NCBI GenBank assembly: GCA_030590485.1
Contig: JAUUYL010000004.1
Coordinates: 7,878-71,877 of the forward strand
Source of the DNA: Lentisphaerota bacterium
Lineage (GTDB): Bacteria; Verrucomicrobiota; Kiritimatiellia; UBA8416; JAUUYL01
Direction: 5' to 3'
DNA length: 64,000 bases
Shown: in pieces, positions 51,443 to 58,922 of the stretch
How the letters are laid out: every line of letters starts with the position of its first letter
Position numbering within the stretch: position 1 is the stretch's first letter
Position numbers and translations under genes: made by a program
Notes under the pieces: generated by a model
Databases searched by the model: none
The model's input: the letters and a program-made list of their open reading frames with translations, nothing else
What the model was told of the DNA's origin: nothing

Positions 51443-52353
51443 AATCTGACAGCAAGCTGGAAAAAGTATTAAGCGAGGGTAAGTTTGGTGTCACATGTGA
51501 GCTTGGGCCACCCCAGCACGCAGACCCGGATAATATAAGCAAGAAAGCGGAGCACTTAAAAGGCAACGCTGATGCTGTTAATATTACAGATAATCAGACT
51601 GCAATTGTAAGAATGTCCAGCATTGCGGCATCAAAACTTGCCATTGATGCAGGACTGGAACCGGTGGCGCAGATGGTTTGTAGAGATAGAAACCGCATTG
51701 CTATGCAAAGTGACATTCTGGGCGCTGCCGCGCTGGGAATAAAGAACATCCTTCTGCTTTCAGGTGACCACCAGACTTTTGGCAACCATCCAGAGGCAAG
51801 CAATGTCTACGATTTGGACTCCATCAACCTAATTCAAATGGTAAAGAACATGAGGGACGAAAAGATATTCCAGTCAGGAGACCCGATTAAAGAACATGAA
51901 CCACGAATGTTTATCGGCGCTGTAGAAAATCCATTCGCAGACCCCTTCGAGTTCAGAGTCGCACGTCTAGCCAAGAAGGCCAATGCCGGTGCAGACTTCA
52001 TCCAGACCCAGTGCATCTTTGATATGAATAGATTCAAAGAGTGGATGAAGATGGTTGTAGATCGCGGAATTCACGAAAGACTCTATATTCTGGCAGGAAT
52101 CACACCTGTACGGTCTCACAAAGCACTTGTTTACATGAACAAGAACGTTGCGGGGATTACGGTTCCAGAAGAACTCATCAAACGGATGGAAGACGCTGAC
52201 GAACCGAAGGAAGAAGGCGTTAAGGTAGCCATCGAGCAGATTCAGGAAATCCAGGCAATTGAAGGCGTGGCAGGATTGCATTTAATGCCCATCGGCTGGG
52301 AATCCATCACATCTGTTATCATGGAAAAGACAGGACTCCTGCCAAGACCATAG
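51439..52353 (+). CDS. metF: Methylenetetrahydrofolate reductase MetF
   Basis: ELGPP, NITDNQ, CRDRNR, LSGDH, KKANAGADFIQTQ, GLHLM. Confidence 0.93.
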   Translation: MKSDSKLEKVLSEGKFGVTCELGPPQHADPDNISKKAEHLKGNADAVNITDNQTAIVRMSSIAASKLAIDAGLEPVAQMVCRDRNRIAMQSDILGAAALGIKNILLLSGDHQTFGNHPEASNVYDLDSINLIQMVKNMRDEKIFQSGDPIKEHEPRMFIGAVENPFADPFEFRVARLAKKANAGADFIQTQCIFDMNRFKEWMKMVVDRGIHERLYILAGITPVRSHKALVYMNKNVAGITVPEELIKRMEDADEPKEEGVKVAIEQIQEIQAIEGVAGLHLMPIGWESITSVIMEKTGLLPRP

Positions 52354-52430
52354 TAACGGACGCTGGACCCCGCCTTTGGCGTGGCAGGCAGTGGACGGCG
52401 GACAGGCGTATAGAGGGTAGAACGTACATC

Positions 52431-52459
52431 TTGACTCGTGAGATGAGTTTGCCTATTAT
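52431..52459 (+). promoter_or_regulatory. Putative leaderless promoter
   Basis: TTGACT-17 nt-TATTAT-6 nt-ATG(52466). Confidence 0.65.
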
Positions 52460-52465
52460 TTCTGC

Positions 52466-53242
52466 ATGAAAAAACACATCTTAGCCTTTGCATTACTCAC
52501 CCTTGCTTTCGGATGCGGTAAACAGGTGGAAGTTCCCGAAGCATCATCCGTAATGGACCAGATAGACAGGATGGCTGCATTGGAAGCCCGCATCAAGGAG
52601 CTCGAGTCCACCGTAAAAACCCTACGCATCGAACAGCTTCATGCAGAACCTAATGCTGCGCATAAAGCCATAGCCATCTCAACTGACGACAACAAGACGA
52701 CGGAACTATCATTTAAGGCTTTAGAACAGATGGTTTCAGTGGCCGTAGAACAAAGAATTGGAACCCCGCAGCAAATCGAATCTATATTTGCTGAGACAGT
52801 AGAGGAACAGATGACCTCTTATGAAGTCCGCAAAGCACAGGAAGAGGTCCTGGAAAAAGAGACGAAGCAGGAAGAAGCAAAGGAACGTCGAGCCGAATGG
52901 GAAGAACGCCGCAAAGTCGAGAGGGAGAAGCAGGAGGCAAGCCGATTCGAAACCTATACAACTGCACTGAATATTAATGAAGAACAGTATCAAACATTGA
53001 GAGTCCTCGAGGACGCAGCATGGAAGACCACATGGGAGACCATGAGCAAGATGAGGAAAGATGGAGGATACACCCCAAAGAATTACAGCGAAGCTATAAC
53101 GCACATCAAAACCCAACATACTGAGTCCGTTAAAGAGATTCTGGACGAGAACCAATTTCAGACTTACAAGGAACAGTACGTGGATCCCATGAGCCAACAA
53201 GGCGGGTTCCGAGGGTTCGGCGGAAGCCGATACCACAGATAA
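52466..53242 (+). CDS. Hypothetical helical/coiled-coil lipoprotein
   Basis: Lipobox AFGC; EILDENQF..Y resembles an LTxxQ motif; Gly-rich tail. Confidence 0.6.
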   Translation: MKKHILAFALLTLAFGCGKQVEVPEASSVMDQIDRMAALEARIKELESTVKTLRIEQLHAEPNAAHKAIAISTDDNKTTELSFKALEQMVSVAVEQRIGTPQQIESIFAETVEEQMTSYEVRKAQEEVLEKETKQEEAKERRAEWEERRKVEREKQEASRFETYTTALNINEEQYQTLRVLEDAAWKTTWETMSKMRKDGGYTPKNYSEAITHIKTQHTESVKEILDENQFQTYKEQYVDPMSQQGGFRGFGGSRYHR

Positions 53243-53398
53243 CCGTTGCGACGAATCACGGTTACAGCAGCACCCTTCCAATTATCCAGAATGGCCGCCC
53301 ACAATACCGTTAGTAATCGGCGCATCATGCAACCAGAAGACCACAAAGAGATAATCCCAATTCCAGCAAAGTGGGGTATAAAGGACTCATGGATGAAG

Positions 53399-53750
53399 TC
53401 AGATTATAGCCAAGTCATATTCATACTTCTCATGCCACTTATTCAGCACAGGAATCATTTTTCTGCAGGGCGGACAATATGCGCCCCAGAACTTTATAAG
53501 GATGTACTTCCCTTCGGTGTCAGGCTTCTCAGCGAGCCATGGCTCAACCTCGAGCTTTGGCGCTTCAGCGTAAAGCCATGAGTCGGCCCACATGACAACT
53601 CTTTGATCGGCTTAGGATTGTATTACTATCCTGAAGCTCTTTGTCACTCAGAGTGGATTTATTGAGATTCGAAGTCGAACATCCAGCCGCCAGTACAACA
53701 ATTGCAAATAATATATTCATGAGACTAATAACAGGCAGAAAGCCGAGCAT
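53399..53750 (-). pseudogene. Frameshifted, truncated TlpA-like thioredoxin lipoprotein
   Basis: Lipobox LAAGC in one frame; WADSWL..APKLEVEPWL...FWGAYCPPC in another frame; stop soon after the CxxC helix. Confidence 0.7.
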
Positions 53751-53766
53751 ATCAAGGGCTGCATAG

Positions 53767-53828
53767 ACAAAAAAAAACGCACGATGTAAAAGAGAAGTAA
53801 TACACCTCATCAATTACAATCGTGCGCT
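53767..53828 (-). terminator. Terminator of the RRM gene
   Basis: GCACGAT...ATCGTGC stem with a T9 tail on the minus strand. Confidence 0.6.
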
Positions 53829-53849
53829 AATTTGCAGTTTAAACGCTGT

Positions 53850-54146
53850 TTACCAGCGTCCGCCGCCGCCACCGCCGCCACCACCGCCGCCGCGATTATC
53901 TCTTGGCTTAGGCTGAGACTCGTTGACGCGAAGAGCACGGCCATCACTATCAGTACCGTTCAAAGCATCAATTGCTTTTTCTGCTTCACTATTGTCCGGC
54001 ATTTCAACAAAGCCGAATCCTTTTGAGCGACCCGACATTCTGTCAATGATTACACGGGCCGAAGTCACTGAACCATGGCTCGCGAAGAGCTGGTTCAGTT
54101 CGTCATCTCCTACCGAGTACGGCAGGTTTCCTACATAGATATCCAT
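53850..54146 (-). CDS. RRM RNA-binding protein with Gly-rich tail
   Basis: IYVGNL (RNP2), KGFGFVEM (RNP1). Confidence 0.95.
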   Translation of the reverse strand: MDIYVGNLPYSVGDDELNQLFASHGSVTSARVIIDRMSGRSKGFGFVEMPDNSEAEKAIDALNGTDSDGRALRVNESQPKPRDNRGGGGGGGGGGGRW

Positions 54147-54298
54147 GATATCCCTCACATGCGCCATTCTTAACACTCACCAAGCTCTCTGTGACACACA
54201 AATAAACTTGGTTTGGTCCTTGGACCGAAGAAAGGATGACAGAGTAAAAAAGGAAAGAAAAGGACTAATTTGCTTTTTTTTAATGTTTTTTAGATTTA

Positions 54299-54640
54299 TT
54301 ACAAATGCTTCTCTACAAATTCAGCAGCAAAAGCCACACAATCTTTACAACTCATTATTTTTTTCTTTCGAATCGGCTTACACGTAGATGCACCTGCGGA
54401 TCCATTAAACTGACTTGCAAGCTGAAACGTCAACTGGTCATCATCCAATAAAACTTGCGCCGCATACAACGCTCCGCAAACTCCCCCCGGTGCCTTGCCG
54501 CCACCAGCGTTAGCATAACCGGCTATATCCTCATCTGTCATTCCAGATATATATTGGAACGTCTTAAAAATTGCCTGCGCGCAATGCAGCTTATCCTTAC
54601 CACGAAACAAATCCTTCGCCCTGTCACCGATCTCGCTCAC
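54299..54640 (-). CDS. C-GCAxxG-C-C family redox-active protein
   Basis: CAQA, GGG...CGAL, C, CKDCV; GTG start with AGGAG SD. Confidence 0.8.
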   Translation of the reverse strand: MSEIGDRAKDLFRGKDKLHCAQAIFKTFQYISGMTDEDIAGYANAGGGKAPGGVCGALYAAQVLLDDDQLTFQLASQFNGSAGASTCKPIRKKKIMSCKDCVAFAAEFVEKHL

Positions 54641-54763
54641 CTTGTAATCTCCTCTCTTCCTCGTCACTATACACGACAACAACCACTTTGAAGATATTAA
54701 TTCTTCCAAACAGACACAAAATATCATATATATTCAAGCGATAACAATATCACTGGAGATCAA

Positions 54764-55177
54764 ATGGCGACAAAGAAAAATACGCATAAAGGGCTGACAC
54801 TTCTTAAGAAAAACGAAAAAAAGTACCCTACCTCACCAAACAAGGCCAAGCTGGAGACATTTAAGAACTCCCACCCCAAGCGCGATTACTGGATTGAGTT
54901 CGATTGCCCTGAATTCACATCTATATGCCCCATCACCGGGCAACCGGATTTCGGATACATATCAATCCAGTACATACCCGACAAACTTTGCCTGGAAAGC
55001 AAATCACTAAAGCTGTACATGTTTGCGTTCCGTAACCACGGCGCGTTCCACGAAGAAGTCGTCAACAGAATACTGGACGACCTGGTAAAGGCAATCAGCC
55101 CACGCGAAGCAATCGTACTAGGTGAGTTCAACCCACGCGGCGGCATATCAATCAATGTCGAAGCAACTCACCCGTAG
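54764..55177 (+). CDS. queF: preQ0 reductase (preQ1 synthase)
   Basis: PEFTSICPITGQPDF, ESKSLKLY, FHE, PRGGI. Confidence 0.95.
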   Translation: MATKKNTHKGLTLLKKNEKKYPTSPNKAKLETFKNSHPKRDYWIEFDCPEFTSICPITGQPDFGYISIQYIPDKLCLESKSLKLYMFAFRNHGAFHEEVVNRILDDLVKAISPREAIVLGEFNPRGGISINVEATHP

Positions 55178-55224
55178 AGTTGACAAATGACATCTATCGT
55201 GGTATCTCATTCAACCTTAATCAT

Positions 55225-55300
55225 GGGGGTGTAGCTCAGTTGGTAGAGTACTTGAATGGCATTCAAGGAGTCGGGGGTTCGAATCCCCCTACCTCCACCA
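55225..55300 (+). tRNA. tRNA-Ala(GGC)
   Basis: Cloverleaf with G3:U70 pair, anticodon stem CTTGA/TCAAG around GGC, GTTCGAAT T-loop, encoded CCA. Confidence 0.97.
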
Positions 55301-55335
55301 AGAACACAAGTCCTGCGAAGGATTCTTCCAGCAAG

Positions 55336-55602
55336 CTTTTCTTCACATACATCATTCAAAGCGCAACCACAGGCCAATTTTATGTCGGTTCATGCTCAAA
55401 TATCCTCAAAAGGTTTGATAACCATCAATCAGGCTACTGTAAAGCAACAAGAGGTCGAGGGCCATGGTGGATGCCCTATTATGAAATTTACACATCACGT
55501 TCAGAGGCAATGAAGCGTGAATACGAAATCAAAAGAAAAAAAAGCAGTAAGCACATTAAAAGAATAATTTATGATGCATACCCGTTTATTGAACTCTATT
55601 AA
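55336..55602 (+). CDS. GIY-YIG nuclease family protein; no canonical start after the tRNA, possibly a pseudogene
   Basis: FTYIIQS...FYVGS...KRFDNH...KATRGRGPW...SRSEAMKREYEIK. Confidence 0.75.
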   Translation, partial: LFFTYIIQSATTGQFYVGSCSNILKRFDNHQSGYCKATRGRGPWWMPYYEIYTSRSEAMKREYEIKRKKSSKHIKRIIYDAYPFIELY

Positions 55603-55626
55603 ACTCAGTTGGTAGAGCGATCCGAA

Positions 55627-57186
55627 TTACTCGCCACCTCTAGTCTTCATGAATGCGGCCCACAGATCCGAACGTATATAGAGAGCCAGCGGGACTTCAT
55701 GGCGGAGACCCCAGTATTCTGACTGATACGCATCTTCCGTCCTGCCGCGCAATGCGTCCTGCATTTCAATGGACGCTACTATGATTGGTGGTTTTACTTC
55801 GTCGGGAAGCAGCGATACATCATAACTGTAACCAACATTCTCATACCCCCTCAAGTACCAGGGGAGAGGCCAGGCATCCTGCGGATTTGTGATAACCATT
55901 ATTCTCATGGCTTTGCCATCATCTGAGACCGCAGCGATATCATCCACCCTCTTGACCAAATTAAGAAAGTCGCAGACTGTATGCGAATATGCATACGGGT
56001 TGCGGGCATCAGCACTATATCTGAAATTAGCCATAAAGGTCTGGACCGAGAGCGTAAACGCCATATAGCTCACAATCAGACACCATAATATCTGCAATGG
56101 AAGATTACCCAGCATATTGAACATGCCTGCCGCACCAATGCCCGCCAACAATATCCATCCGTGCAGAAACGACATCATACACCAAGGCGTCTTATACGGT
56201 ATCAGAGAATACACCAACGTCATCAGGAGGGTGTAAAAAAGAAGAAAAGATCTCAAGCCTACATCGACCTTATCAATACAGCGGGCCTTAATGGCGATCA
56301 TGACCACACCTGCCAGCCCCAGGAGCAGTATCCCAGCCTCGCTCCATTCAAGCCCGCCGGATTTGTGACAAACGAGCATCTGTAGATAATAATAGAAGGG
56401 ATGTACATGATCTGTGTTTGCTCCTGCCCCCCTCTCAAAATACACAAGATATGTCGCAATTGAATCCCACACTCCAGACGGGTTCGTAAAGAACGACGAG
56501 AAGAGGACTGCAGATACGATCATCGATGTGAGCGACATATAAAGAACATGTATTGGCAGTACGATAAATTGCACCCGCTTAAACTTCAGGCCAGTGCGCC
56601 AAATGACGGTCAATAGAAATGCTACAAGGATAACCCCGTACGCGATTATACAAGTCTCTTTAGTGGCATGCATAAGCCCGAGAAAGACACCTGCCGCCAC
56701 AGCCCACGGTGCCGTCTCTCTCCTGAAATATTGCCACCCGCAAGCTATAGCGCCAAAAGTAAAAAAGACAAGGAGCGTTTCCTGTATGTAAAATCGACTG
56801 TAATAAACCATGCAGGTTGAAACAGCAGTAAAGAGTGCTGCAACAAGTGTCGCCCCCCAGCCCAACCCTGTCCGAATAAGAAGAATGAGCAAAATCAGAC
56901 CTACCCCGAAAAGAACAGGTACCATCCTGAATACGGTGATGTTTGTTTCTGAGAAGTCCCTGCCAGCTATCAATGCAGCCAGAGGCATCGAGAGATAATA
57001 CAATGTAGGACCATGATGCTCCTGAGGGTCGTACTCGTATTCACCCTTCTCCAAAAGGATACCCGCACGCACCATCTGATTGGCCTCATCGTTGTGCAAC
57101 ACCCTCTTCTCAAGCTGCACAGTCCTGAAAGCCAATGCCAAGACCACTAACGCTGCAAACAACACCCAGTTGACGACCTTCTTCAT
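55627..57186 (-). CDS. GT-C fold membrane glycosyltransferase-like protein (TIGR03663/Agl23-like)
   Basis: LHNDEA, YDPQEHHGPTLYY, YYSRFYIQE, ATKE, YKTPW, WPLPWYLR; many TM helices. Confidence 0.8.
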   Translation of the reverse strand: MKKVVNWVLFAALVVLALAFRTVQLEKRVLHNDEANQMVRAGILLEKGEYEYDPQEHHGPTLYYLSMPLAALIAGRDFSETNITVFRMVPVLFGVGLILLILLIRTGLGWGATLVAALFTAVSTCMVYYSRFYIQETLLVFFTFGAIACGWQYFRRETAPWAVAAGVFLGLMHATKETCIIAYGVILVAFLLTVIWRTGLKFKRVQFIVLPIHVLYMSLTSMIVSAVLFSSFFTNPSGVWDSIATYLVYFERGAGANTDHVHPFYYYLQMLVCHKSGGLEWSEAGILLLGLAGVVMIAIKARCIDKVDVGLRSFLLFYTLLMTLVYSLIPYKTPWCMMSFLHGWILLAGIGAAGMFNMLGNLPLQILWCLIVSYMAFTLSVQTFMANFRYSADARNPYAYSHTVCDFLNLVKRVDDIAAVSDDGKAMRIMVITNPQDAWPLPWYLRGYENVGYSYDVSLLPDEVKPPIIVASIEMQDALRGRTEDAYQSEYWGLRHEVPLALYIRSDLWAAFMKTRGGE

Positions 57187-57361
57187 AAACGTATCATAGT
57201 TGATTCGGGCAACAAGAAAAATACAAAAACACAAAAAAGGCCGACAACCGCCTTCGGCCGGAGAGATTAGAGATTGGAGAGAAGAGAAGAGAGAAAACCG
57301 ATATTACTGCCGGTCTTGTAGTCCGTGGTCCGTAGTGTAGTCCACGGAAAATAATCTCCGA

Positions 57362-58018
57362 TTATTTTCCGTATACCTCCACTTCAATATAATGGTTCAT
57401 CTCGCTGGATGTACTGCCATTGCTATACAAGCGGACATACTGCGCCTTCTCGCCTTTTACAGGAATAGGCCTGCCGAAATTCGTCTCGATCCACTCCTTA
57501 TCCTTACCAATGCCCAGCCCTATGGAGTTGTCATGGTCGTTGTTAAAGACTGTACGGACGTTCGTAATAAAATCAGAATCATCTGCGACCTGGACGACAA
57601 CATCCCTGTAAACGCGTGCCTGGCTATGAAAATGCCATAAAACAATAGCGTAGATCGTATAAGCTTCTTCCAGATCGATCTGAACATGCTGCTTCATCGG
57701 GCCAAGCTCGACATAGCTGCCGTCCGAGCCCTCCTTGTCACCATCAGTAATAAGCTCCAACTCGCCTATAATCGGCATATTATCACTGCCTGTCACATCT
57801 TTATCCATAGCAACGTTCTTGACCCCTTTTGGCACCATCAATGGAGAACGTTTACCTGAATTACCTTTTCTTGCCGACTCCAGATTATCTGTTTTTATAG
57901 GCTTTGGCGTCCCGACAAACATTGCCTGAGGCAGTTCCAACTTCAAAGGAACACGGTCCTGCGCCATACATACAGCCGCAGTAGTCATCAGCATTACTAT
58001 CATCATATATTTCTTCAT
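57362..58018 (-). CDS. Secreted discoidin/F5-8 type C (galactose-binding-like) domain protein
   Basis: Signal peptide; NVA..K.VT.S, ITDG, VQIDL, AQYVRLY...EVEVYG. Confidence 0.75.
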   Translation of the reverse strand: MKKYMMIVMLMTTAAVCMAQDRVPLKLELPQAMFVGTPKPIKTDNLESARKGNSGKRSPLMVPKGVKNVAMDKDVTGSDNMPIIGELELITDGDKEGSDGSYVELGPMKQHVQIDLEEAYTIYAIVLWHFHSQARVYRDVVVQVADDSDFITNVRTVFNNDHDNSIGLGIGKDKEWIETNFGRPIPVKGEKAQYVRLYSNGSTSSEMNHYIEVEVYGK

Positions 58019-58067
58019 ATTTCTCCTCATCATTAATACAGAAAGTAAATCACTCAATCGATTGGAT

Positions 58068-58096
58068 ATACTATAGAATACATCCTTGTATTTCAA
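58068..58096 (-). promoter_or_regulatory. Putative promoter of the discoidin gene
   Basis: TTGAAA-17 nt-TAGTAT. Confidence 0.5.
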
Positions 58097-58099
58097 GTC

Positions 58100-58897
58100 T
58101 CAGAATGACAAAAAATCTCCTTTTTCATTGAGCAAATGAGCATAAATACCGTCATGAGCAAGACAAAACGCTTCAACAGCTTCAGTACTCATCACCATAA
58201 ATGCAGTAGAAAGCGCGTCGGCAACCGCACCGGACGGACATATTGCCCATGCTTTCTCATGCCCTGCCGCGTTATCGCCTGTCCTTGGGTCTATTACATG
58301 CTCACCCTGGACATCCTTGCCTGATGCACTAAGCGCTTGGTCTCGCAAGCATACAGGTTCGCCGTTAACACCAATCTTCCACTCTTCACCTTCTCCGGAC
58401 CCAACGCAGAGCACGGTACTCGGCCCCGCCGCTACCAAAAAGTCTTTAAGATCCCAGTCATTGAGAATCTCTGCAGCCAGATCCAATGCATAACCCTTAC
58501 CGATACCACCAAGGTCGAGAGATAGAGAATGGTTGATGGTGGCTGTCAGATTATCAGGGTCAAGGATAAGATGCTCCAGTCCCTGCCCCTTGGAAATATC
58601 AAAAGCCCCTGCTGTCTCCTTATGAACCCACATTGCCGAAAGCAGGCAATCCATAGTCTCGGGGGTAATGAAAACCGATTCACCAGGCTTAAGCACGGCG
58701 ATTCTCCCGACATCACTGTACTCTATGAACTTGCTGAGTTTCTCTTCAAGATGATCTATCTCACGGAAAACCGCGCCGGACACCTTCCTCGCGTAATCCT
58801 CAGCGCATCCATAAATAGCCAGTTCGTATGGCGCATCCATTGCATCGTGATAAAAAGTGTACAGTTCCTCAGTCATAAATAATTTAGATTTGGTCAT
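58100..58897 (-). CDS. apbE: ApbE-family FAD:protein FMN transferase, no signal peptide
   Basis: LDLGGIGKGYALD, LSASG, HVIDPRTG, ADALSTA. Confidence 0.88.
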   Translation of the reverse strand: MTKSKLFMTEELYTFYHDAMDAPYELAIYGCAEDYARKVSGAVFREIDHLEEKLSKFIEYSDVGRIAVLKPGESVFITPETMDCLLSAMWVHKETAGAFDISKGQGLEHLILDPDNLTATINHSLSLDLGGIGKGYALDLAAEILNDWDLKDFLVAAGPSTVLCVGSGEGEEWKIGVNGEPVCLRDQALSASGKDVQGEHVIDPRTGDNAAGHEKAWAICPSGAVADALSTAFMVMSTEAVEAFCLAHDGIYAHLLNEKGDFLSF

Positions 58898-58922
58898 GTG
58901 ATGCGGCTCGCAGATTGTAAAT

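Noticed and set aside
54660..54763. preQ1 riboswitch before queF
   Set aside because: No preQ1 stem-loop with A-rich tail seen
55180..55335. N-terminal half of the 140-aa ORF 55180-55602
   Set aside because: Starts in the TTGACA promoter hexamer and reads through tRNA-Ala; only the GIY-YIG part looks protein-like
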